Assembly: GCA_965208325.1 (NCBI GenBank)
Contig: OZ242326.1
Span: 2,240,001 to 2,304,000, forward strand
DNA length: 64,000 nt
Direction: 5' to 3'
Origin: Candidatus Poribacteria bacterium
GTDB lineage: Bacteria; Poribacteria; WGA-4E; PCPOR2b
A program made the translations under genes and the position numbers. This document shows positions 9,216-18,539 of this stretch, one piece after another; positions within the stretch are counted from its first letter, which is position 1, and each line of letters opens with the position of its first letter. The notes under the pieces were generated by a model that searched no databases, was not told where the DNA came from, and saw only the letters and a program-made list of their open reading frames with translations.

Positions 9216-11159
9216 CTACTCCCACCACCTGACGGGGTGCCAGCCCATATTATAGGTCATGATTTTGAATGCTGCGTTCATGATGCTCCAAATACCGCCC
9301 ATAGCGTAATCTCCCAATATCAGACCGGCAAAGAACGGGATGGCTTTTCGATACGCCCGCAAGCCGCCGTACCGAAGAATTGTGAATTTTAAGCACCAAC
9401 TAATCAACACCGGCACCCAAATATAAATCATCTCTGCCGGACTCACTCCTAATACAAAACCAACCGGGTGGAACGGCCACCATAGAAAGCGCATCTTCAT
9501 GGCTAATAGAAACCCCGTGATTGCCGCACCGAGTCCCATAAAACCGATTGTCGTGTAATCCGTTGTTTTTTGAAAGGTCAGCCACAGTTGGAGACGTTGT
9601 GTAAAGCTTTCTCTGCCCATGCCCCCGATTTCCGACTGATTCTCAACGCCGAAGTGGTATGAAAGCCCAAAATAAATCACAAAGGTTGCCGGAATACCGA
9701 CGGCAAAGGCAAGAATCATCGCCCATGTCAGCCTTCGGCGATTGATATTCGCGTTTTCACCGATTCGAAAAGCTTCCAGTTGGTTCGGCATCGGATGACC
9801 GGGCTGGTCTCGATTCAATCCAAAAAAGAACGAAAGAACCGTCAGGTTTCGGGCGCCAAAGGCGCGTGTTCCCAGGGAGGTTACCATTGTGCGCCCCGGA
9901 TCCAACCAAAGCAGTTCATGCACCGGCAATCCCAGTCCGCTCCGCATCTTGGTTATCCCTAGCGCGGCGCAGCAGTACAGCGTTAAAAACAGAAGGATAA
10001 CCCACAGAGACAGCCCAGCGTTGTAAGCGAAAACGAGCAGAAAAATCACGCCCGCGAGGATGCCCAGCATTGCGGCACGGTACGACATCGGCTCCGCCGC
10101 CTCATCTATTCCTCCCTTTCCGGTGAATATCTGCGTAAAAACGCGCTTGAGATGTCTCCGTCCAACCCACAGCGCTAGAAGCCCCAAGCCAATCCACGCT
10201 CCCTGAGCCTGCTCGTCGAGATAAAGTTCACGCCATCCCATTGTAGCGCCCAGCGACAATTGCGTCATTTTCTTGAAAAAGTAAAAGAACCATGCCGAAA
10301 AGGCGAGATCCAGCGGCATAAAATAGGAGAGCCCAATGACAAACGGCTGGAAAGAGATGCGGGTGCCGTGCATGTAACTCCACGGCTTTTCCTGAAAATG
10401 ATACTGCGTCCACCCGACCGGTATATAAGGGACGAAAGGATAGAAAGCCTTCAATCCGTTAAAAAGGCTAATCCCTGCCGCGATTCCAAATCCGACCCAC
10501 ATCAAACGATTCTTCAGAAATCCAACCGGATCCCGCCCCATCTCCAGCGGCAACCAGGTAATCGGGTACGTAAGCCGTTCATGTTCGGAGAACTGCCGCT
10601 TGATTATCGCGTTGATACAGATGAGAATGAAGCAGAGGACAAACAGAAAGGCAGACCAGTAAAACAGCGGTCCAATCCAAGCCTTGATGTGGTGTAAGGT
10701 GAAAAACGTGTCTTCACCAAGAAAAAAGCCTCGCAGGTCATCCTCGTTTTCGACGGTGAACCAGCCCGGGATATAATGCCAGAAGAGATTACGCCAGTCG
10801 TTTTCCGCTGTGGCGTACCAGTAGGGGTGAGCAATGGGACCGAGCAGTCGAGTCATACGATGTCCTGATATGGTCGACACCATGACGACCATGACATAGA
10901 TGACCAACAAGTCGGTGTTTTTGAATGCGGCTTTACCAACAATCTTTTTGCACAGGAGGTTCAGCAATATCAGCACAAACAGCGTAAATACCGCATTGCT
11001 GAACAGCGACATGTACGTGTGATTTAGACCTTTAAGGTAGTCATTGGCTGAAATCCAGTAGGAATTGACGACCACCAAAATCACGCCGATTGCCAGTGCG
11101 CTCAGGGATATTCCACTCGGCGGTTGACTTCTGGTTCGCGGCAAATTTTCCAAAAACAA
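9216..11159 (-). CDS. DUF6785/DUF6784 multi-pass membrane protein (putative transporter)
   Basis: 647 aa, many TM segments, ERLTYPI, WWPFHPVG, RYGGLRAYRKAIPFFAGLILG; paralog at 55270..57216. Confidence 0.8.
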   Translation of the reverse strand: MFLENLPRTRSQPPSGISLSALAIGVILVVVNSYWISANDYLKGLNHTYMSLFSNAVFTLFVLILLNLLCKKIVGKAAFKNTDLLVIYVMVVMVSTISGHRMTRLLGPIAHPYWYATAENDWRNLFWHYIPGWFTVENEDDLRGFFLGEDTFFTLHHIKAWIGPLFYWSAFLFVLCFILICINAIIKRQFSEHERLTYPITWLPLEMGRDPVGFLKNRLMWVGFGIAAGISLFNGLKAFYPFVPYIPVGWTQYHFQEKPWSYMHGTRISFQPFVIGLSYFMPLDLAFSAWFFYFFKKMTQLSLGATMGWRELYLDEQAQGAWIGLGLLALWVGRRHLKRVFTQIFTGKGGIDEAAEPMSYRAAMLGILAGVIFLLVFAYNAGLSLWVILLFLTLYCCAALGITKMRSGLGLPVHELLWLDPGRTMVTSLGTRAFGARNLTVLSFFFGLNRDQPGHPMPNQLEAFRIGENANINRRRLTWAMILAFAVGIPATFVIYFGLSYHFGVENQSEIGGMGRESFTQRLQLWLTFQKTTDYTTIGFMGLGAAITGFLLAMKMRFLWWPFHPVGFVLGVSPAEMIYIWVPVLISWCLKFTILRYGGLRAYRKAIPFFAGLILGDYAMGGIWSIMNAAFKIMTYNMGWHPVRWWE

Positions 11160-11225
11160 TTCCTCGCTTTAACACGTGCAAACTATCGCTAAATCCGTGT
11201 ATGATTGTTCCGCACTCTAGAATAC

Positions 11226-11255
11226 ATTATAAATCTATCTGATATTGGTTGTCAA
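11226..11255 (-). promoter_or_regulatory. sigma70-type promoter of the DUF6785-AtuA operon
   Basis: Minus strand TTGACA-N18-TATAAT. Confidence 0.55.
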
Positions 11256-11452
11256 CACACTCAACGCACAGCGTTTTCAGTTGAAACCTAGAAATTCTTG
11301 GGACACTTTTTGCGTTGAGACAAGAAACTTACTCCGGTAATCTGAGTTTGTGAATACAGTTTTGAAAACACTAAAGTTCAACTAAACAGCAGGGCAGTAA
11401 TTTGCTAAATTAACGCGTCCCATATCTACGCTTCTATATCTAGTTTTTTCTG

Positions 11453-11481
11453 TTGACATCTCCAATGTTTTTGATTAAGAT
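11453..11481 (+). promoter_or_regulatory. sigma70-type promoter of the molybdoenzyme operon
   Basis: TTGACA-N17-TAAGAT. Confidence 0.55.
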
Positions 11482-11596
11482 AAAGCGAGTGACCAACAAG
11501 TACCGTAAAATGTGCAGCCCCGGTCAATGATCGGGATACAACTGCGCTCACCAAGTTCCATTTGTGAACCATCTATCTTGAAAGGAGATTGATGCC

Positions 11597-12472
11597 TTGC
11601 GAGCGTTTGACTATATACCCGCAAAAACCGTTGATGAGGCAGTGGCTTTGCTCGCGGAAAAGGGAGATCAGGCGAAACCGTTGAGCGGCGGTACCGATCT
11701 CATTGTTATGGTTAGGGAAGGCAGGCGGCAGTTGGATTTGATGGTAGATGTCAAAGACATCCCCGAAACCAATGTGCTTTCGTATTCCCAAGAAACCGGC
11801 TTACATCTCGGCGCGGCTGTGCCCTGCTATCAAATCTACGCGGATGATGAAATTTCCGCTGCTTATCCGGGGCTTGCAGACGCTGCCAAGATTATCGGAG
11901 GCACCGCAATTCAAGGCAGAGCGAGTGTCGGCGGCAATTTGTGCAACGCCTCACCCGCTGCGGATACGATACCACCGCTAATTGTGCTAGAAGCCGTCTG
12001 CGTCATTGCGGGTCCAAACGGGACGCGCGAAGTCCCAGCAGAGCAATTTTGCACAGGACCGGGGCAAACCGTCTTGGAAAATGGAGAATTTCTCGTATCG
12101 TTTAATATTCCCCCACCCAAGCATAATTCAAGCTCTTATTATCTTCGATTTATCCCGCGAAATGAAATGGACATCGCAGTGGTGGGCGCGGGCGCATCAG
12201 TCGTCTTGGACACGGAAAAAACGTCGTTCGTCTCAGCTCGAATCGGACTCGCTGCGGTCGCTCCAACGCCACTGTACGCCGAGGAAGCCAGTGCGTCGCT
12301 TGCCGGCAGGGAAGTGTCCGACGAAGCGGTCAATGCAGCAGCTGAAGCGGCGCGCCACATCGCCCGACCAATCAGCGACATGCGCGGAACGATTGAACAG
12401 CGGGTTCACCTCGTTGAAGTGCTGACACGCCGCGCCTTAAATGGTGCAATTCAAAGAGTGAAGGAGTCGTGA
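11597..12472 (+). CDS. Xanthine dehydrogenase family FAD-binding (medium) subunit
   Basis: SGGTDL, ASVGGNLCNASPAAD, AVAPTP, PISDMRGT; AAGGAG RBS. Confidence 0.93.
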   Translation: MRAFDYIPAKTVDEAVALLAEKGDQAKPLSGGTDLIVMVREGRRQLDLMVDVKDIPETNVLSYSQETGLHLGAAVPCYQIYADDEISAAYPGLADAAKIIGGTAIQGRASVGGNLCNASPAADTIPPLIVLEAVCVIAGPNGTREVPAEQFCTGPGQTVLENGEFLVSFNIPPPKHNSSSYYLRFIPRNEMDIAVVGAGASVVLDTEKTSFVSARIGLAAVAPTPLYAEEASASLAGREVSDEAVNAAAEAARHIARPISDMRGTIEQRVHLVEVLTRRALNGAIQRVKES

Positions 12473-12478
12473 AAATAG

Positions 12479-12967
12479 ATGCCGAAAAAAGTACATGTTC
12501 AAACGACAATTAACGGCGAAACTGTTGAATTTCTGTGTGAGCCTCGCCAGAGCCTGCTTGAAGTCCTTCGAGATGAACTCGGAATGACCGGCGCCAAAGA
12601 AGGTTGCAACAACGGAAACTGCGGCGCATGCAGCGTAATTCTTGACGGACGGCTGGTCAATTCCTGTATTGTGCTTGGCGTTGAAACTGAAGGGAAAACG
12701 GTGGAAACCGTTGAGGGTCTCGCCGAGCCGGGAAAACTCCATCCGATACAGGAGATTTTCTTGGAAGATGCGGCACTTCAGTGCGGTATCTGCACGCCCG
12801 GCTTTATCGTAGCAACAAAGGCACTGCTGGACAAAAATCCCAACCCAACTGAGTACGAAGTCCGTTACTGGCTGGCAGGCAATCTATGCCGTTGTACCGG
12901 CTACGATAAGATTGTCCGCGCCGTGCTCGATTCGGCTCAAATTATGTCTTCGGAGGTAGGTGCATAA
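12479..12967 (+). CDS. Xanthine dehydrogenase family [2Fe-2S] (small) subunit
   Basis: GCNNGNCGACSV, QCGICTPG, GNLCRCTGY. Confidence 0.95.
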   Translation: MPKKVHVQTTINGETVEFLCEPRQSLLEVLRDELGMTGAKEGCNNGNCGACSVILDGRLVNSCIVLGVETEGKTVETVEGLAEPGKLHPIQEIFLEDAALQCGICTPGFIVATKALLDKNPNPTEYEVRYWLAGNLCRCTGYDKIVRAVLDSAQIMSSEVGA

Positions 12968-15222
12968 TGTCAGAGAAGAAAGAATATAAAGTCATCGGCA
13001 CCCGTCCTATCCGGCATGATGGTGTCGACAAGGTGACAGGCCGCGCCCTCTACGGCGCAGATTTCCAAACTACCGGGCTGCTGCACGGCAAGGTTTTGCG
13101 CAGTCCCCACGCCCATGCCCGCATTAAATCCATTGACACTAGCCGCGCTGAAGCCCATCCCGATGTGAAAGCGGTCGTGACCGCGGCGGACCTCCCTACA
13201 GCAGCGGACAAAATCGCCGATCTCGGTGAAAGTGCAGTCAATCTGAAATATCTGTGCGACAATATTCTTGCGAGCGACAAAGCCCTATACACAGGGCATG
13301 CAGTCGCTGCACTCGCGGCGAGCGACCCTCATACGGCTGAAGAAGCGCTTGAACTCATTGATGTCGAGTACGAGGTGTTACCGCCGGTGCTTGAAGTGCG
13401 GGAAGCGATGGAAGACGATGCGCCGCTGCTGCATGAAAATCTGAAAACCGACGCGATGGGAGAAAAGTCTGAAGAGTCGAGTAATGTCGCGAGTCATTTC
13501 CAACACAAAAAGGGCGACATTGACACGGGCTTTGCGGAAGCGGACGTTGTCATCGAACACGATTTTGTTACCGGCACCGTGCATCAAGGCTATATCGAAC
13601 CTCACAACGCAACCGCACTGTACAACCCCGACGGGCAACTCACCATCTGGTGCAGCACGCAAGGCGCATTTGCCGTGCGTCAACAAGTATCGGAAATCCT
13701 CCAGATTCCGGTTTCCAAGGTTAAGGTGGTGCCGATGGAGATTGGCGGCGGGTTCGGCGGGAAGATTAGTGTTTATCTTGAGCCGGTTGCCGCGCTGCTT
13801 TCCAAGAAATCGGGCCGTCCAGTCAAAGTCTTGATGAACCGCGCAGAAGTTTTTGAAGCCACGGGACCGACCCCTGCATCTTACATCCGAGTAAAGATGG
13901 GCGTCACTAATGATGGGCGAATCACCGCAGCAGAGGGCTACTTGGCGTTTGAAGCCGGCGCTTACCCGGGTTCACCCGTTGGCGCGGGAGCCATGTGTAT
14001 CTTCTCCCCTTACAATATCCCAAATGGGCTGATTGATGGGTATGATGTAGTCGTCAATAAACCGAAATCTAACGCGTACCGCGCGCCCGGCGCGACAAAT
14101 GCCGAGTTTGCTGCCGAAACCGTCGTCGATGAAATCTGCGAGAAGCTTGGCATGGATCCGCTCGAATTCCGCATCCTCAACGGAGCAGAAGAGGGAGTCA
14201 GCCGCATTGACGGCCCCGTATTCCCGCGAATCGGTTGCATCGAAGCAACTGAAGCCGCAAAGGAACATCCACACTACGAAGCGCCGCTCGAAGGGGAAAA
14301 TAGAGGGCGCGGTGTGGCGTCCGGGTTCTGGTTCAATGTCGGATTGAAGTCGAGCGTCGCAATTAACGTGAACCCCGATGGTACCATTAGCCTTGTTGAG
14401 GGTTCGACCGATATTGGCGGCACACGGGCGTCGATTGCAATGCAAGCCGCGGAGGTACTGGGAATTCCCGCCGAATCGGTCTATCCCACCGTAGTCGATA
14501 CAAATTCGGTCGGGTATACAGATGTAACCGGCGGCAGCCGAACCGCATTTGCGACGGGATACGCCGCCTATGAAGCTGCGCAGGATGTCAAGCAGCAGAT
14601 GACCGAACGCGCCGCAAAATTGTGGGAGGTCGATGCAGCGGAAGTGCAGTTCGCGGATGGCGATTTTGTATGCGTGAACGGCAAAGATGAGCGCATGAGT
14701 TTCAAGGAGTTGGCTGCGAGGCTGGATGAAGTCGGCGGTCCGGTCACCGGGCGTGCTTCCGTCGATCCGACTGGGGTTGGCGGCGCTTTTGCCACGCACA
14801 TCGTTGACGTTGAGGTCGATCCGGACACCGGCAAGGTCGAAATCCTGCGCTACACAGCGACGCAAGACGCTGGAAAAGCCGTCCATCCCAGTTATGTCGA
14901 AGGGCAGATGCAAGGCGGCGTCACGCAAGGGATTGGCTGGGCGTTGAATGAGGAATATATCTACGACAAAGACGGGCGAATGTCCAACGCGAGTTTCCTC
15001 GATTACCGCATGCCAACCTGCCTAGATTTGCCGATGATTGACACGGTCATCGTTGAAGTTCCCAATCCGGGCCACCCGTACGGTGTGCGAGGCGTAGGGG
15101 AGGTTCCAATCGTTCCGCCCCCCGCTGCGATCGCCAACGCTATCTATCGCGCAATTGGTGTTCGGATGAAGGAGCTCCCAATGTCTCCCGGCCGGATACT
15201 CAAAACGATGGGCAAACTCTAA
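12967..15222 (+). CDS. Xanthine dehydrogenase family molybdopterin-binding (large) subunit
   Basis: LRSPHAHARI, GGGFGGK, AYRAPG, EGQMQGG, RGVGE. Confidence 0.95.
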   Translation: MSEKKEYKVIGTRPIRHDGVDKVTGRALYGADFQTTGLLHGKVLRSPHAHARIKSIDTSRAEAHPDVKAVVTAADLPTAADKIADLGESAVNLKYLCDNILASDKALYTGHAVAALAASDPHTAEEALELIDVEYEVLPPVLEVREAMEDDAPLLHENLKTDAMGEKSEESSNVASHFQHKKGDIDTGFAEADVVIEHDFVTGTVHQGYIEPHNATALYNPDGQLTIWCSTQGAFAVRQQVSEILQIPVSKVKVVPMEIGGGFGGKISVYLEPVAALLSKKSGRPVKVLMNRAEVFEATGPTPASYIRVKMGVTNDGRITAAEGYLAFEAGAYPGSPVGAGAMCIFSPYNIPNGLIDGYDVVVNKPKSNAYRAPGATNAEFAAETVVDEICEKLGMDPLEFRILNGAEEGVSRIDGPVFPRIGCIEATEAAKEHPHYEAPLEGENRGRGVASGFWFNVGLKSSVAINVNPDGTISLVEGSTDIGGTRASIAMQAAEVLGIPAESVYPTVVDTNSVGYTDVTGGSRTAFATGYAAYEAAQDVKQQMTERAAKLWEVDAAEVQFADGDFVCVNGKDERMSFKELAARLDEVGGPVTGRASVDPTGVGGAFATHIVDVEVDPDTGKVEILRYTATQDAGKAVHPSYVEGQMQGGVTQGIGWALNEEYIYDKDGRMSNASFLDYRMPTCLDLPMIDTVIVEVPNPGHPYGVRGVGEVPIVPPPAAIANAIYRAIGVRMKELPMSPGRILKTMGKL

Positions 15223-15245
15223 ATATTGGGTTAGTCGAAAAACCA

Positions 15246-15281
15246 GTGCCTGCCTCTAATTTGAGGCAATGGGGCAGGCAC
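15246..15281 (+). terminator. Hairpin after the molybdoenzyme operon
   Basis: GTGCCTGCC ... GGCAGGCAC perfect 9-bp stem; no clear U-tract. Confidence 0.3.
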
Positions 15282-15301
15282 GCTACCAACATCATTCTCT
15301 T

Positions 15302-15421
15302 AGGACTTACGCAATAAGTTCAATAGTCCCCCTGATAAGGGGGATTTAGGGGGTTAGAAACATGGAAATAACGAGTTTTAAGTCCAATTTTTGCTTTTTC
15401 TGCTCAATTTGCGTAAGTCCT
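15302..15421. mobile_element. 120-bp MITE-like element
   Basis: Perfect 13-bp terminal inverted repeats AGGACTTACGCAA / TTGCGTAAGTCCT; internal CCCCCTGATAAGGGGG hairpin. Confidence 0.65.
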
Positions 15422-15466
15422 TTCTCGGTATTTCCAATCCTCCCCGCATTCATGTAAGGCAATACC

Positions 15467-15772
15467 ATGCCAATCGTATCAGTCCCCTCCCTCATGCAGA
15501 ATCTCACCAACGGCGCAGACAAAGTTACCGTGGACGGCGAAACACTTCGAGAAGTGATTGATAATCTTGAAGAATCCTATCCCGGCTTCAAAGCACGTCT
15601 CTGCGACGGCAACCGGATTCGGAAAAACATCTCGCTGTACATCGACGGCACCATCTCACGGGAAGGCATGCGTCAACCCGTAAAAGCCGACACCGAAATC
15701 CACTTCCTCCCCGCCATAAGTGGTGGTTGTAGCCTAATGCCCGCCAAGGACACTGAAGTTGTTGCTGTCTAG
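15467..15772 (+). CDS. MoaD/ThiS family sulfur-carrier (ubiquitin-like) protein with C-terminal extension
   Basis: VSVPSL, GETLREVIDNLEESYPG, EIHFLPAISGG followed by 14 extra residues. Confidence 0.85.
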   Translation: MPIVSVPSLMQNLTNGADKVTVDGETLREVIDNLEESYPGFKARLCDGNRIRKNISLYIDGTISREGMRQPVKADTEIHFLPAISGGCSLMPAKDTEVVAV

Positions 15773-15840
15773 GCGCAGCGCGTTGGGGATAGTGTGTCTA
15801 TCTCCTTTTTGGCGTTAAGTTATTCAGGGGGCAATTCCTG

Positions 15841-16605
15841 ATGAAGAGGATGGTTTACTGTTCCATTGCGCTTACCGTGTTCGTGTGTGCGGTCACCATT
15901 GAAACTCCGGCTGACCTTGTTGAGGGGTTAATTGCCGCTTGGTTACTCAATGAGGGAAAAGGTTCTGTAATGAAAGATGCTGTGGGTGACCATGATGGCG
16001 AAATCGATGGCGGTGTGTGGACTGAAAACGCCAAGAACGGTAAGTCTGCCTATCGACTTACACACAAAACGCTCATTACTGTTAAGAATTCGGTGGATAT
16101 CGATAGATTAGATGATGGGTTTACAATCGCACACTGGATAAACCCCAAACAGGGCGGCGCGATTATGGATGAATCGGGGCATGACGGTTCGAGGATCCAG
16201 TGGTACATTCTCAATGACAGACGCCACCATTGGGGCATCGGCCCGGTATGGGGGATATCGGATGGCAATCCCGTTGCTGCCTTTCACACGTGGTATCACT
16301 TCGCATGGTCGCATGAACCAGATGACGCGAGCATAATCTATCGCAACGGCAAAGAAGTTGGCAGGAACCGCCTCGGGGCTGTGCCGGTGACCGGAAGGAA
16401 TATGCTCTTTGGTAACCGGTTGCCTTGGGAGGGGCGGCAAGAGTGGTTCAATGGGATATTGGACGATATCGGTTTTTGGAATCGACCGCTATCCGAAGAG
16501 GAAGTCAACGAACTCATAGAGGTGGGGCTACCTAATGTCCTTGGTGTTGCCCCACAGAGCAAATTAGCAACGACGTGGGCAACACTCAAAACTTATCTAA
16601 ATTAG
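15841..16605 (+). CDS. Secreted LamG-like jellyroll domain protein with conserved C-terminal tail
   Basis: Signal peptide, AAWLLNEG, WYHFAW, FNGILDDIGFWNRPLS, tail VAPQSKLATTWATLK. Confidence 0.88.
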   Translation: MKRMVYCSIALTVFVCAVTIETPADLVEGLIAAWLLNEGKGSVMKDAVGDHDGEIDGGVWTENAKNGKSAYRLTHKTLITVKNSVDIDRLDDGFTIAHWINPKQGGAIMDESGHDGSRIQWYILNDRRHHWGIGPVWGISDGNPVAAFHTWYHFAWSHEPDDASIIYRNGKEVGRNRLGAVPVTGRNMLFGNRLPWEGRQEWFNGILDDIGFWNRPLSEEEVNELIEVGLPNVLGVAPQSKLATTWATLKTYLN

Positions 16606-16740
16606 CACATGTACTTCCTTTGCACTTACTCTCATCACCTCACAACTTTGCCGACGCGCGCCGATATATCGTAGCATCTTCTTTCTTCAAATGTGGTTAC
16701 AGTCATCCACCGGCATCAAGCGCAACGATTTGCAGTTCTT

Positions 16741-17003
16741 GTAGGTTGGGTTGAGCGAATAAACCCAAAATCGTAACAATGGCAGATGTTCGGCCGGAAC
16801 ATCCAAACGCCCTTTTACCGAAATTGATGTAGCGTAACCCAACGCTTTTCAATTCACCCAGCTATTTCTGTATGCTCAAATACTTTCGAAATAACCAAAA
16901 GCGTTGGGTTCGCTAAATCCTAACAAACTCTATACAACATCAAATCCCGATATCAATTCGGCATATTGCTTCCGTTTCACTTGCTCCGCTTAACCCAACC
17001 TAC
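16741..17003. repeat. REPIN-like palindromic element, copy 1
   Basis: Ends GTAGGTTGGGTTGAGCG / CGCTTAACCCAACCTAC, inner arms TAGCGTAACCCAACGCTTTT / AAAAGCGTTGGGTTCGCTA. Confidence 0.8.
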
Positions 17004-17009
17004 AAAAAC

Positions 17010-17229
17010 TTTAATTCCTCATTGGCGTCTAGAACAGGTTAAAGCAACGCTAATTTCTATTTGCCAGAAGAAAAACAAAACCAAAAAAGTCATTGAATAC
17101 TTCAACTTAAGAAACCAGTCGAAGCATTTACTGAAATGTGCCAAGCGTGCGGTAGAAATCGCCATTGAGCAGGATGAACAGACCGCTATTGACTATCTGG
17201 AAAATCAAGCACAGGAGGTAATCGGATGA
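17010..17229 (+). pseudogene. C-terminal remnant of a restriction-modification S-subunit-like gene
   Basis: HWRLEQVK ... FNLRNQSKHLLKCAKRAVEIAIEQDEQTAIDYL resembles, from recall, the C-terminal helix of HsdS-like subunits; 5' part missing; LPEEKQ reads in a shifted frame. Confidence 0.55.
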
Positions 17230-18536
17230 ACATCACCCAATTTTCAATAGAGGAGGTTCGTTGTTTTGCGGAACGTCAGGAATTTGAAATTCGGCCGTTG
17301 ACCTTTTTGGTCGGAGAGAACAGTACCGGCAAGACTACTGCATTGGCATGTTTCCAAGCGTTAGCAGATTATTTGACGGAAGGGAAAGTAGATTTCGATT
17401 CAAATCCCTATTCAATGGGAATCTTTAAGGATATTGTGAGAATCAGCAGGAAAACGGAGAAGACGTTTAGGCTTGGGTTTGCCTTTAGAGACAAGCATGA
17501 AGATATTGAATGTGTCGTTGAATTTGTTAAAAAAAAGGGAGGGGATGAACCTGCTATCGGATCGGCAACAATAACTTTTACGGATGGCACTATCGTTTTG
17601 AACTCTGACGGTGAAGAGAAAGGAGGTTTGCCTTACACCTATTTTAATAAGGAACAAGATCGGTATCTCATAGGCGTTAATTCTGCTACTTTGGATAGCA
17701 ATTCTCCTTCTTTTCTTCTAAGTCGTTTTCGCCATAGAGGCAGCCGGGGCACCGAGGTAGAAAATGCCTTAGCTGACTATTTACATGAAAAGAAGGGAGG
17801 TTTGGGAGATTCATGGGAGATGGGAGGAAGTCCTGTATTTAGTATGTCACCGATTCGTTCTCAACCGAAACGAACGTATGACAAAATGAGGGAATTTGAT
17901 GATCCTGAGGGAAGCGATATTCCAATACGGTTAATGCGTATAAAGGCAACGAATAAAGACAAATGGGAATTTTTGAGAGCAAGGTTAGTCGAATTTGGTA
18001 AGAGTGCGGGACTATTTCACAACGTTGACGTAAGGAATTTTGGTAAGGCTATGGGCAACCCATTCAAACTCACAGTCAAGGTAAGGGGACCAAACTCCAA
18101 TGTCATTGATGTAGGCTATGGGGTCAGTCAAATTTTGCCGATTTTAGTGAACGTCTTCGATCAACCTGTCTCTCGGCAACGTATTTATAAAAGCGGCAGA
18201 ATTCCGTTCTTCCTATTACAACAGCCCGAAGTCCATCTGCACCCGAGAGCACAGGCAGAACTATCGTCCCTTCTAGCGGCATCGGCAAGCGAGGGAAATC
18301 GGACATTTATCATTGAAACACACAGTGACTACATGGTTGACCGGGCGCGCGTAGAAATCCGGAAGGGCACCATCCGCCCTGAAGATGTGTCGCTTATATA
18401 TTTGGAACCAAAGGGCAATGTTGTCAAGGTGCATAACATCTGTTTTGATAACATGGGTAATATGGAAAAGGTACCGCCGCACTACAGAGAGTTTTTCCTG
18501 AAAGAAACCAAGCGGCTCATGGGTTTTGAGGATTAA
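17226..18536 (+). CDS. ABC-type ATPase (AAA_15/AAA_21-like, DUF3696-like C-terminus)
   Basis: Walker A GENSTGKT, signature-like DVGYGVSQ, Walker B region LLQQPEVHLHP, H-loop IETHSD; no TM partner. Confidence 0.88.
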   Translation: MNITQFSIEEVRCFAERQEFEIRPLTFLVGENSTGKTTALACFQALADYLTEGKVDFDSNPYSMGIFKDIVRISRKTEKTFRLGFAFRDKHEDIECVVEFVKKKGGDEPAIGSATITFTDGTIVLNSDGEEKGGLPYTYFNKEQDRYLIGVNSATLDSNSPSFLLSRFRHRGSRGTEVENALADYLHEKKGGLGDSWEMGGSPVFSMSPIRSQPKRTYDKMREFDDPEGSDIPIRLMRIKATNKDKWEFLRARLVEFGKSAGLFHNVDVRNFGKAMGNPFKLTVKVRGPNSNVIDVGYGVSQILPILVNVFDQPVSRQRIYKSGRIPFFLLQQPEVHLHPRAQAELSSLLAASASEGNRTFIIETHSDYMVDRARVEIRKGTIRPEDVSLIYLEPKGNVVKVHNICFDNMGNMEKVPPHYREFFLKETKRLMGFED

Positions 18537-18539
18537 GCA

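Noticed and set aside
13972..14928. 318-aa antisense ORF
   Set aside because: Shadow of the well-supported molybdopterin subunit on the opposite strand
11597..15222. Aerobic CO dehydrogenase (coxMSL)
   Set aside because: Active-site loop reads AYRAPG, not the form I AYRCSFR or form II AYRGAGR; substrate cannot be assigned
16966..17229. 87-aa ORF as an intact gene
   Set aside because: N-terminus derives from the REPIN-like repeat; only the 3' part looks protein-like, so it is treated as a remnant
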